From contig CBDCLE010000023.1 of the NCBI GenBank assembly GCA_965218585.1, forward strand, positions 6,460-70,459: a stretch of 64,000 bases of DNA. Direction: 5' to 3'. Both the position numbers and the translations under genes were made by a program. The stretch comes from Terriglobia bacterium. GTDB lineage: Bacteria > Acidobacteriota > Terriglobia > 20CM-2-55-15. The notes below the pieces were generated by a model. The model did no database searches. It worked only from the letters and a program-made list of their open reading frames with translations, and had not been told where the DNA came from. This document shows positions 1-7,918 of the stretch, piece by piece; position 1 is the stretch's first letter; each line of letters starts with the position of its first letter.

Positions 1-1
1 C

Positions 2-103
2 ACACCGGAAGACCTGGCTCGCCTGATGCCCAGGGCCCAGGGAACGCGCACTTATGCGGCCCTCGAAGAAATGGAATTGCTGACCAGAATAGAGGCGATA
101 TAG
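2..103 (+). CDS. 3' end of an upstream gene (last 33 codons, partial at window edge); product unknown
   Basis: Open frame from the window edge (..TPEDLARLMPRAQGTRTYAALEEMELLTRIEAI) ending at TAG 101-103, 9 bp before cofE. Too short to identify. Position next to cofE makes another F420 gene only a guess. Confidence 0.4.
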   Translation, partial: TPEDLARLMPRAQGTRTYAALEEMELLTRIEAI

Positions 104-112
104 ACGGGCACG

Positions 113-865
113 ATGTCATCGGAAATGCACATTATTGGATTGCAGGGACTACCGGACGTCGAACCGGGATTGGATCTGGGGGCGGCCATCACCGAAGCGG
201 CCCAGGCTCAAAACCTTGTCCTGGCCGCTGACGACATACTGGTCGTCACACATAAGATCGTGTCGAAGGCTGAGGGCCGGTTAGTGGACCTGGGAACGGT
301 CACGCCATCGCCTTTTGCCGAACAGATTGCCGAGTCATATGACAAAGACCCGCGGGTGGTCGAGGTTGTTCTTAGCGAAAGCAGACGCATCGTGAAAATG
401 GACCACGGGACGATTATCTCGGAGACACACCACGGTCTGGTGTGCGCCAACGCGGGTGTCGACGAGTCGAACCTCGCGGAGGAGACCGTGGCATTGCTGC
501 CTGAAGACGCCGATCGGTCGGCAGACCAGCTCCGGGATTCTATTGAAAGACATGCCCGGATTCGACCCGCCATCATCATCTCGGATACCTTCGGTCGCCC
601 CTGGCGCGACGGGCTGGTAGATGTCGCTATCGGCGTTGCAGGCCTGGAACCGATGAAAGACTATCGCGACCAGGCGGATACCGAGGGTCGGATCATGAAA
701 GTGACTGCTGTAGCCATTGCAGACGAATTAGCGGCGGCGGCGGAGTTGGTGATGGGAAAGCTGGACAGGGTTCCCGTGGCCGTTGTGCGGGGATATGCCT
801 ACGAACCGGGAGACGGAGGGGCTAGCAAGCTTATTCGACCACCCGAAAAGGACCTGTTTCGATAG
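113..865 (+). CDS. cofE: Coenzyme F420-0:L-glutamate ligase (CofE)
   Basis: 250-aa ORF. The N-terminal pattern IIGL.GLP.V.PG.DL....DDILVVTHKIVSKAEGR and the later SDTFGRPWR...D.AIGVAG fit the CofE family as I recall it. It is directly followed by npdG. Confidence 0.85.
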   Translation: MSSEMHIIGLQGLPDVEPGLDLGAAITEAAQAQNLVLAADDILVVTHKIVSKAEGRLVDLGTVTPSPFAEQIAESYDKDPRVVEVVLSESRRIVKMDHGTIISETHHGLVCANAGVDESNLAEETVALLPEDADRSADQLRDSIERHARIRPAIIISDTFGRPWRDGLVDVAIGVAGLEPMKDYRDQADTEGRIMKVTAVAIADELAAAAELVMGKLDRVPVAVVRGYAYEPGDGGASKLIRPPEKDLFR

Positions 866-903
866 ATAGATCTGTTTTGAAAAGTTAGAAGGAGGAACCA
901 GAA

Positions 904-1557
904 GTGAAGATCGCGATTTTGGGTGGAACCGGAGAACAGGGGCCTGGGCTGGCGCTGCGCTGGGCGAAGGCGGGAGAAGAAATCATCATCGGGTCACGCA
1001 CCAGTGAGAAAGCTGAGAAAGTCGCTGCAGAATTGAATGCGGAACAACCGGGCGCCGGAATCATCGGGATGGCGAACGCCGAGGCGGCCGAAGCCGCCGA
1101 GATCGTCGTCCTGACAGTCCCCTATTCGGCACACCTGAAGACCTTGGAAGGCGTCAAACAACAGGTCCAAGGCAAGATCTTCATCGACGTTTCCGTCCCC
1201 CTCGATCCTGACAACCCACGTCACATGAAGATGCCCGCGGCGGGTTCGGCTACCGAAGAAGCACAGGCGTTCCTGGGACCGGAAACGAAGGTCGTCGCAG
1301 CGTTCCAGAACGTCGCAGCTCACCTGTTACGCGACCCGAACCACCCGATCGACTGCGATGTACTGATCTGTGGCGACGACAAGGAAGCACGTAAAACGGT
1401 CCGGGAACTGGTCGCCAAGATGGGCTTTAAGGTCCACGATGTGGGTACGGCCGACAGCGCACGCGTGGTCGAAGGCATGACTTCGATTCTGGTTCGCCTT
1501 AATATTCGAAACAAAGTGAAGGCCGGAGGAATCCGACTGACAGGGCTCCCCGAATAG
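904..1557 (+). CDS. npdG: NADPH-dependent F420 reductase (NpdG/Fno type)
   Basis: 217-aa ORF with a GTG start preceded by AAGGAGGA (889-896). Rossmann N-terminus MKIAILGGTGEQGPGLALRWAKAGEEIIIGSR is typical of this family. Confidence 0.8.
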   Translation: MKIAILGGTGEQGPGLALRWAKAGEEIIIGSRTSEKAEKVAAELNAEQPGAGIIGMANAEAAEAAEIVVLTVPYSAHLKTLEGVKQQVQGKIFIDVSVPLDPDNPRHMKMPAAGSATEEAQAFLGPETKVVAAFQNVAAHLLRDPNHPIDCDVLICGDDKEARKTVRELVAKMGFKVHDVGTADSARVVEGMTSILVRLNIRNKVKAGGIRLTGLPE

Positions 1558-1643
1558 GTCACGCTGGAAACGTGGGCTCGAGCGTGTGGGTAAGCCGGAC
1601 GTGATGCCGAGGCGCTTTCCTTAGTTCTGCTTCCCCCAAGTTA

Positions 1644-1691
1644 ATTCGCATAATGCGATCATTCCCCTTGACGTATTCGCATAATGCGAAT
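1644..1691 (+). promoter_or_regulatory. Putative higBA promoter with two palindromic operator sites
   Basis: ATTCGCATAATGCGA(A)T occurs twice (1644-1659 and 1675-1691). The second copy is a perfect 17-bp palindrome (ATTCGCAT-A-ATGCGAAT). The two copies bracket a TTGACG -35-like hexamer (1668-1673), 27 bp upstream of the higB ATG. Confidence 0.6.
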
Positions 1692-1717
1692 ACCATAGGT
1701 GTGCATTCAGGAAACCG

Positions 1718-2005
1718 ATGCACATCGTTTCAATCAAAAGACTGAAAGCGTTCTGGCAGAAAAATCCGGATGCCGAGACACCTCTAAGGGCATGGTACCG
1801 CGTCGCCAGGAACGCTCAGTGGAAGAATCTGGTTGAAGTTCGTAAGACCTACCCGCATGCGGATTCGGTGGACGGGTTCACGGTCTTCAACATCGGTGGC
1901 AACAAGTATCGGCTGATCGTCACCCTCCGTTACGAAAACGGCCGCATCTTCGTTCGTTACGTCTTGACCCATCCTGAATACGACAGGGGCAATTGGAAGA
2001 AGTAG
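1718..2005 (+). CDS. higB: Type II toxin HigB (RelE-fold mRNA interferase)
   Basis: 95-aa ORF. The pattern ...LKAFW.K.P.A...L..W......A.W....E....YP.AD.V....VFNI.GNKYRLI....Y....I.....LTH.EYD matches the HigB toxin family. It lies toxin-first with an HTH antitoxin downstream. Confidence 0.85.
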   Translation: MHIVSIKRLKAFWQKNPDAETPLRAWYRVARNAQWKNLVEVRKTYPHADSVDGFTVFNIGGNKYRLIVTLRYENGRIFVRYVLTHPEYDRGNWKK

Positions 2006-2031
2006 TCGGTGAAAGTTTAGGGGGAGCCGAA

Positions 2032-2505
2032 ATGAAGGGAAAAGGAAAAGCTGTATCCGAAAAGTACCTGGGATTGATCAGACGGTTTCCGCTTCGACCG
2101 ATCCGGTCGGATCGAGATTTGAAGGCAGCGAGCAATCTGGTCGACGAGTTGCTCGACCGCAAGCTGACCAAATATGAAGACGCGTATGTTGAAGTGCTGA
2201 GCATTCTGATCGAACAGTACGAGTCGGTACGTCACGCGATCGCGCCGGTGTCGGACCGGGAAATGCTGGCACACCTGATTGAGGAACGAGGCCTAAGTCA
2301 GCGCCGGGTGGCCCTGGACGCAGGCATTGCCGTGTCAACAATGTCCGAGTTGGTCTCGGGCAAGCGAGCAATCAACCGCACTCACATCGAGAAGCTTGCG
2401 CCGTACTTCAATGTTCGGCCGAGTGTCTTCCTCGAAGGAACAAATGCTGCGCCTCGGAAGGCCTCGCGTGTTAAGGGCAAGGAAACCGTTGTAGCGACTG
2501 TGTGA
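2032..2505 (+). CDS. higA: Antitoxin HigA (XRE-family HTH)
   Basis: ATG at 2032 is preceded by GGGGGAG; the ORF track offers an alternative TTG start at 1993. C-terminal HTH: LIEERGLSQRRVALDAGIAVSTMSELVSGKRAINRTHIEKLAPYFNV. Confidence 0.8.
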   Translation: MKGKGKAVSEKYLGLIRRFPLRPIRSDRDLKAASNLVDELLDRKLTKYEDAYVEVLSILIEQYESVRHAIAPVSDREMLAHLIEERGLSQRRVALDAGIAVSTMSELVSGKRAINRTHIEKLAPYFNVRPSVFLEGTNAAPRKASRVKGKETVVATV

Positions 2506-2512
2506 AGGGAGA

Positions 2513-2563
2513 TCGTCCTGAACTGGTTTGAAGAACTGACCGAGCGGGTGCCGGTTCCCTGAT
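2513..2563 (+). repeat. 51-bp gene-remnant repeat, copy 1 (encodes IVLNWFEELTERVPVP-stop)
   Basis: About 90% identical to 5719-5769. It lies right after the higA stop codon. Confidence 0.7.
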
Positions 2564-2727
2564 TTACGAGTTCGAGTTCTTTAGTTCATTTTCGCGGAAG
2601 TTGGGCATACATTTTCACTGCCTCCCAAACTCCCGCTTTGCTAAACTGCCCCGAGCGACATAGGTCGGTCGGCCCGGACCGGGTCGTTGATGGGTATAAA
2701 ACCAAAAAACAAGGGAGACGCGTCGTG

Positions 2728-3408
2728 ATGCATAGACACATCATTCTTGCCGCAGTCGCGGCCATCGCTTTGGGTTCGGCCGCGGTATCGGCCCAGGGTC
2801 AGGAATCGCAGCTGGGTTTCTTTGTCACAAGCACCACACATAGCGGTGATCTCGGTGGCCTCGCCGGTGCCGACGCCGAGTGCCAACGTCTGGCGGGCGC
2901 CGCAGGCGCGGGAAATCGCACCTGGCGCGCCTATCTCAGCACCCAGGGCAGCCAGGCCACGCCGGCCGTCAACGCTCGTGATCGTATCGGTAACGGACCC
3001 TGGTTCAACGCCAACGGGATCATGGTAGGGGCCAGCCTCGCAGACCTGCATGGCGATGTTCAGCGTGACACCAACCTCATCAATGTGAACACTGCGGTGA
3101 CGGAAGCCGGCGATCTCGTGAACGGCTTTGGTCGTGCCGAGGGAAACCCGCAAGAACACGACATCCTTACGGGATCGGATTCGCATGGTCGAGCATTTCC
3201 GCCAGGCATGTCCAACCAGGCCGACGACCGCACGTGCAACAACTGGACATCCGATAGCCCCGATGCCCATGCCATGATCGGCCACCATGACCGCATGAGC
3301 GGCTGGAATACATCGTGGAATTCGTCGCACTCAACCGCAGGCTGTAGCCTGGCGTTGTTCAACCAGACCGGAGGCTCTGGACGCTTCTATTGCTTCGCCG
3401 CTGACTGA
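2728..3408 (+). CDS. Secreted endostatin-like / DUF1554-like (C-type-lectin-fold) protein
   Basis: ATG at 2728 follows GGGAGA. Signal peptide MHRHIILAAVAAIALGSAAVSAQG. The motif FFVTS..HSGDLGGLAGADAECQRLAGAAGAGNRTWRAYLST, with later paired Cys residues (TCNNW...GC...FYCF), parallels the endostatin/DUF1554 pattern. Confidence 0.55.
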   Translation: MHRHIILAAVAAIALGSAAVSAQGQESQLGFFVTSTTHSGDLGGLAGADAECQRLAGAAGAGNRTWRAYLSTQGSQATPAVNARDRIGNGPWFNANGIMVGASLADLHGDVQRDTNLINVNTAVTEAGDLVNGFGRAEGNPQEHDILTGSDSHGRAFPPGMSNQADDRTCNNWTSDSPDAHAMIGHHDRMSGWNTSWNSSHSTAGCSLALFNQTGGSGRFYCFAAD

Positions 3409-3498
3409 GACAGCGCGAACAGGATCTCGCCCGATCGATCATTTGGATATGAGCGACTCGGCGACCTCGAACCCTGAACGTCACTTGAAGGAGTCCCG

Positions 3499-5112
3499 AT
3501 GCAGAGTAAGTGTTTTTCACCTTTTATTCTGTTGGTGATTACCCTGCTAAGTGCGGCATGCAGTTCCTCTCCACCCCTCATCCAAGGAATTGAGCTGGAC
3601 CCGAAACCCAGTGAAGCAGTACCCCTTGCGGCAGTCGTGGCGTTCCAGACGGATCGACCCACGACAGTCGCGTTGGAGTTTGATGATGGCGAGAGGAACT
3701 GGGTTGCAGACACAAAGGTTCCTGCGGCCATGAATCATGTCGTTCCGATCCTCGGCATGAGACCGGGTCGGACTCACACGATCCGGGTTGTCGTCACGGA
3801 CGAAGATGGTGTCAGCGCCTCGTCAGAACCACTGGAGGTCACAACGGATGCACTGCCGGAGGATTTCCCTCCCATCGATGTTCGCATCAGCGTGCCGGAC
3901 CGTATGGAGCCGGGTGTCACGCTGTTGGAACCGAGTTACAGCCCGGAGGATGGCTCGCAAAACGACTACCAGTTCCTCGTTGCAATTGATGAGGCGGGAG
4001 AGGTGGTCTGGTACTACAAGGCGGTGCACGGCGTATCGGACGCACAGCGGCTTCAGAACGGTAACCTCCTCTATCGCTCTGGTAACGCGCACTTGTATGA
4101 AATCGATATGCTTGGGAATCTGGTGTCCAATTGGAGATCGGACCTCGCTGCCGCAGATCGGATTCGAGCCGACAGCGTCCATGTGGCTACAGACACGCTA
4201 CACCACGAAGCACTCGAAACTCCTTCCGGCAATATCATGGCGATCAGTACAGAGGTCCGTACTTATGACGACTATCCGACCAGTGAAACCGATCCCGACG
4301 CTCCCAGAATGACTTCTGATGTGGTCGGGGACGTTCTGGTCGAGTTTACACGGCAGGGGCAGGTGGATCGCGAGATCGGGTTGCTGGATCTGTTTGACCC
4401 CTACAGGATTGGCTACGGATCTCTGGGAAGGTTCTGGGCGAACACCTACCCGACCGGATCAAGTCCTCCCAGGGATTGGTCTCATGCCAACGGCATCGCA
4501 GTGGATGAGACCGGGCGCTATCTGCTCGTGTCGATGAGACGGCAGGCGGTGGCCAAGCTCGACCTCGAGACCAACGAAGTGGTCTGGATTCTCGGTGATC
4601 ACAAGGGTTGGGGACCCGAGTGGCAGCACCTGCTTCTGGAACCGCAGGGCGAATTGACGTGGCAGTCCGATCAGCACGCCGCAATGTTTACACCTCAAGG
4701 AACAATTTTGATGTTCGACAATGGGGCCAGTCGGGCACGCCCTTTCGATCCACCCATGGCGCCTGAGGAATCGTTCAGCCGGGCCGTCGAGTACAGCGTT
4801 GATGAAGAGCGTATGGAAGTACGCGAAATATGGTCATATGGCGGACCGGGAGAAGAGAGATTTTTCGCCCGTCGCGTCGGTGACGCCGACTGGATGCCGG
4901 AAACTGGGAACGTCCTCGTGACGTACGGCGGGCTGAGCACGGACGCTGACGGCAATTCCATATCTGGGGGGGGTGGCCATGACTGGGTCAGGATCGTAGA
5001 GGTGACACACGATTCACCTGCGGAGGAGGTCTTCGAGCTCTTCGTCGATGATGAAAGACCCCGGGGCTGGCTTAGCTTCCAGGCCGAACGACTGCCGAGC
5101 CTCTATCCCTGA
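3499..5112 (+). CDS. Arylsulfotransferase (ASST)-like beta-propeller lipoprotein
   Basis: 537-aa ORF with lipobox LLSAAC. Motifs LHHEALETPSGN, DWSHANGI, VVWILGDHKGWG, QHAAMFTPQGTILMFDNG and GDADWMPETGNVLVTYGG fit the ASST family as I recall it. A paralog lies at 53775-55323. Confidence 0.7.
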   Translation: MQSKCFSPFILLVITLLSAACSSSPPLIQGIELDPKPSEAVPLAAVVAFQTDRPTTVALEFDDGERNWVADTKVPAAMNHVVPILGMRPGRTHTIRVVVTDEDGVSASSEPLEVTTDALPEDFPPIDVRISVPDRMEPGVTLLEPSYSPEDGSQNDYQFLVAIDEAGEVVWYYKAVHGVSDAQRLQNGNLLYRSGNAHLYEIDMLGNLVSNWRSDLAAADRIRADSVHVATDTLHHEALETPSGNIMAISTEVRTYDDYPTSETDPDAPRMTSDVVGDVLVEFTRQGQVDREIGLLDLFDPYRIGYGSLGRFWANTYPTGSSPPRDWSHANGIAVDETGRYLLVSMRRQAVAKLDLETNEVVWILGDHKGWGPEWQHLLLEPQGELTWQSDQHAAMFTPQGTILMFDNGASRARPFDPPMAPEESFSRAVEYSVDEERMEVREIWSYGGPGEERFFARRVGDADWMPETGNVLVTYGGLSTDADGNSISGGGGHDWVRIVEVTHDSPAEEVFELFVDDERPRGWLSFQAERLPSLYP

Positions 5113-5132
5113 CGAATGGGATCTGTGGTCTC

Positions 5133-5160
5133 ACTGAAGGAACGGGTGCCGGTTCTATGA
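5133..5160 (+). repeat. Partial third copy of the gene-remnant repeat (..LKERVPVL-stop)
   Basis: actgaaggaacgggtgccggttctatga matches the 3' half of the 2513 and 5719 repeats. It lies 20 bp after the ASST stop codon. Confidence 0.5.
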
Positions 5161-5346
5161 CTGTAGGGGCGGCTACGACCGCCCGATCTGTTGACGACTC
5201 CAGGAACGACTGGACTGCCATCGGTCGTCGGAGCAACACTCGCTACCAAAAGGGTCAATTTCGCGATTGTCGCGTAAAAGCAGGCCGCATATTGCCCTCC
5301 CCCCAGTCAAGTCTCCCGAAGCAAAGTGTCTCGTTATTCAATGGCA

Positions 5347-5376
5347 CGCTCCATGCTCATAACAGAGCATGGAGCG
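5347..5376. other. Perfect 12-bp-stem hairpin (CGCTCCATGCTC-ataaca-GAGCATGGAGCG)
   Basis: Read directly from the sequence. No T-tract follows. It sits 37 bp upstream of the 5413 ORF, and a TATAAT hexamer lies at 5390-5395. Confidence 0.6.
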
Positions 5377-5412
5377 GAAGATTAAGCGATATAATTTGCA
5401 AGGACAGTCAAG

Positions 5413-5655
5413 ATGACAGCATCGGTAGAGGAACGCGTAGCCTACCTGGAGGGGAAAATGGAAGAGCACTCCAGAGGATTCGGGGAGATTCGCGAACTCC
5501 TGGTTCATCTCAACGGGCGCATCGACACCATGGACCAGAGGTTTGATTCCCGAATCGACTCACTGGACCAGAAGGTTTCCCGCCATTTTACGTGGCTTGT
5601 CGGTATTCAGGTGGCGATTCTCGTGTCGATCATCGGTGCTCTAATCGGCGGATAG
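5413..5655 (+). CDS. Small coiled-coil protein with a C-terminal transmembrane anchor (hypothetical)
   Basis: 80-aa ORF with AAGGA 10 nt upstream. It has a heptad-like N-terminus (VEERVAYLEGKMEEH..IDTMDQRFDSRIDSLDQKV) and a hydrophobic tail (WLVGIQVAILVSIIGALIGG). Confidence 0.55.
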   Translation: MTASVEERVAYLEGKMEEHSRGFGEIRELLVHLNGRIDTMDQRFDSRIDSLDQKVSRHFTWLVGIQVAILVSIIGALIGG

Positions 5656-5718
5656 AAGGTCTAAGCCCCGCTGGAGAATGTATTTTTCTCCGCCTCCGTT
5701 TCACTTTCCCTTAACGGC

Positions 5719-5769
5719 ATCGTCCTGAACGGGTTTGAAGAACTGACCGAACGGGTGCCGGTCCCCTGA
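5719..5769 (+). repeat. 51-bp gene-remnant repeat, copy 2 (encodes IVLNGFEELTERVPVP-stop)
   Basis: The same frame stays open back to a TAA at 5662-5664 (APLENVFFSASVSLSLNGIVLNGFEELTERVPVP) and has no start codon. The repeat is followed by an intrinsic terminator. Confidence 0.7.
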
Positions 5770-5791
5770 TTCCGAGCTCAAGTCAGAGGCC

Positions 5792-5821
5792 CCGGAAGTT
5801 GTCACACTTCCGGAGCTTTTT
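5792..5821 (+). terminator. Rho-independent terminator
   Basis: CCGGAAGT-tgtcac-ACTTCCGG followed by agcTTTTT. Confidence 0.7.
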
Positions 5822-5903
5822 CCTCAGGCACCGATCTTTTCAACAGAAGCGTCGATGGTGACGCCTTCGGCAATGGAGTTATGGACCGGGGAGAAGTCAA
5901 TGG

Positions 5904-6542
5904 CTAGGGCTGATTCTCCAGGAAATCGAGGTGGATCCGGGCGACGGTGTGCATGTAACCGCCTCCTCTGTAGCGATCGGCTGCTGCCGCCTGAATATTT
6001 CGAAGCGACCCGGGCCCGTCCCCGATCGCTTCGTAATACAGGCCGACATAGAGATAGGCGTAGAACTCGGACAGCGTCCCACCGTTCCCGGCCCTCAACA
6101 CGTCTTCGGGACCGAGGTCGCCGGCAAACATCTGGTAAACCTGACGCATCGGCACGCGCGCGTCGGGTCCCACGGGAAGCAGGGCCGAGAGAGCCTCGGC
6201 TGGAGATTCCGATCGGGCCACGCAGAGGAAATGCCAGGCGGCATTCTCGACGTCGTTGGGGTTCACGAGGCGGTGCGATTCGAACTGGGCACGGCAGTCC
6301 TGGTAGCGCTCAGCGTAGTAGAGGGCAATGCCGCGTTGCCAGAGTTGGGGAGCGAAGGCTGGGACAAGCCGGGCTACATCATCGAATCCCTCGACGGATT
6401 CTTCTATCCGACCCGCCTGGAAGTCGCTGATGGCCTCCTCGAGGATCGACTGCGGATCATCCTGAGACTCAGAGAAAGCACCGGCGGAAACTAATAATAT
6501 TGCGAAGAATGTCGCGACCAGTGGCCGAAGCGTTCTAGCCAT
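5904..6542 (-). CDS. Secreted helical-repeat (TPR-like) protein, hypothetical
   Basis: Start taken at MARTLRPLVATFFAILLVSAGAFS (signal peptide); the ORF track extends the frame to 6623. The protein is rich in helical repeats. The function call is weak. Confidence 0.45.
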   Translation of the reverse strand: MARTLRPLVATFFAILLVSAGAFSESQDDPQSILEEAISDFQAGRIEESVEGFDDVARLVPAFAPQLWQRGIALYYAERYQDCRAQFESHRLVNPNDVENAAWHFLCVARSESPAEALSALLPVGPDARVPMRQVYQMFAGDLGPEDVLRAGNGGTLSEFYAYLYVGLYYEAIGDGPGSLRNIQAAAADRYRGGGYMHTVARIHLDFLENQP

Positions 6543-6627
6543 CCCCCTCGACCTTCCCCGATAGAGATGCGCTCCGAATAAGTCGGTCTTCATCAGATGG
6601 TCTCTCATCGACTCTCTTTCCACTGAC

Positions 6628-7857
6628 TTATTGGAGGCCCAGGTTGAACGCGGCCAGGGTATCGCCGTTTCGAAGATAGAGAATGCCGTCTACAAGCGCC
6701 GGGTAGGCCCGCACAGTCTCGGGAAGAAGCTGGGCCCGTGCCAGGGGCTGGAACCCCTCGGGCGATGCCTGGGCCAATACCAGTTCGCCTCTCTCCCGCA
6801 GGATCAACACATGGTCGCCTGCAAGAATAACGCTTCCCGCACGAAACTGTTCTACGCTCCAGGCTACCTCACCGGTTTCAAAATGGATGGCCCGGAGGCT
6901 GGGACCAAACTCCTGACGGCCATGATATCCATACAGGTAGCCGTCGTGGTAGACGCTGGTCGCGTAGTGGTTCGTGAGCACATCATTGGAAACCCACAGC
7001 GGGCTGAGTTGCTCTCCGTCCCATCGCAGCACACCGGCGCCGGGCCCGTACTCGGCTGAAACGAAGATGAGATCCTCGACAACGATCGGCGATGCCGCGT
7101 TTATCGAAGACGCCGAACGCGAACGCCACCTTTGGTTGAACGCCACTTCTCCGTTTCGAGGATCGAGTCCAATCAAACCGTTGCGCGTCAGAAAGATCGC
7201 GTAACGGCGTCCCGAGATGTTGACGCTGACGGGAGACGAATAACTGGCCCCATCCTCAGTCGCCGTCCAGAGAACCTCCCCGGTAGCCGCGTCGAACGCC
7301 ACGATCCCAGCATCGGGGCCTCCGATGTTCGCGATGACCCTCCCATCCTCGACCAAAGGGGACCCGCCTGCGCCAAAAAACCCCTTTGAAACGTCAAAGC
7401 GGTCCATGGTGTCATGGCTCCAAATTCTTCGTCCGGTTTCAAGTTCGACAGCATGCAGCTGTCCCTGGGCTCCGAACGTGTAGACGACGCCGTCCACGAT
7501 AACCGGGACGGCCCGGGGTCCTTCGTCGAATCCAAAATCATCGCGATAGGATGTAGGATAACTGTAGTCCCACAGACTTGTCCCGGTCTCCGGATCGAAG
7601 GCTTCGACAACCTCACGATTCGAGACACGATGGAACAGGATGAGGCGGCCATCGGAAACAACGGGCCCACTGAAACCTTCACCGACGTCCTGCTCCCAGA
7701 CCAAAGGAGGGCCGTCCTCTCCCCACGCTTCGGCCAGTGGCGAGCCTCTATAGACACCGTTGCGCTCCGGACCGAAGAACTGCGGCCAGTCCTGGGCGGC
7801 GCATTCAATGCCCATGGCGAGGAAAACGACTGCCAGAGGGGCCATCACTCTTTGCAT
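6628..7857 (-). CDS. Secreted PQQ-like (BamB-like) beta-propeller repeat protein, paralog 1
   Basis: ATG at 7857 has GGAAGGA upstream. Signal peptide, then the family N-terminal motif QDWPQFFGPERNGVY. Blade motifs recur throughout (DG.VY.....G.L.A.D..TG...W). Confidence 0.75.
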   Translation of the reverse strand: MQRVMAPLAVVFLAMGIECAAQDWPQFFGPERNGVYRGSPLAEAWGEDGPPLVWEQDVGEGFSGPVVSDGRLILFHRVSNREVVEAFDPETGTSLWDYSYPTSYRDDFGFDEGPRAVPVIVDGVVYTFGAQGQLHAVELETGRRIWSHDTMDRFDVSKGFFGAGGSPLVEDGRVIANIGGPDAGIVAFDAATGEVLWTATEDGASYSSPVSVNISGRRYAIFLTRNGLIGLDPRNGEVAFNQRWRSRSASSINAASPIVVEDLIFVSAEYGPGAGVLRWDGEQLSPLWVSNDVLTNHYATSVYHDGYLYGYHGRQEFGPSLRAIHFETGEVAWSVEQFRAGSVILAGDHVLILRERGELVLAQASPEGFQPLARAQLLPETVRAYPALVDGILYLRNGDTLAAFNLGLQ

Positions 7858-7887
7858 TTCCGTTGTTCCTTCCAATGAGAACGCGAT

Positions 7888-7906
7888 GTGCGCTCATAGA
7901 GCGCAC
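7888..7906. repeat. Palindromic REP-like element GTGCGCTC-ATA-GAGCGCAC, copy 1
   Basis: The same palindrome with similar flanks (..CTACAG) recurs inverted at 53716-53734. Confidence 0.55.
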
Positions 7907-7918
7907 TACAGAAGAATC

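Noticed and set aside
5157-6430. ORFs 5157-5546 (129 aa) and 5855-6430 (191 aa, very Arg-rich)
   Set aside because: The first overlaps a repeat/hairpin-rich intergenic region and the better-supported 5413 ORF. The second is antisense to the secreted helical-repeat gene and is compositionally implausible.
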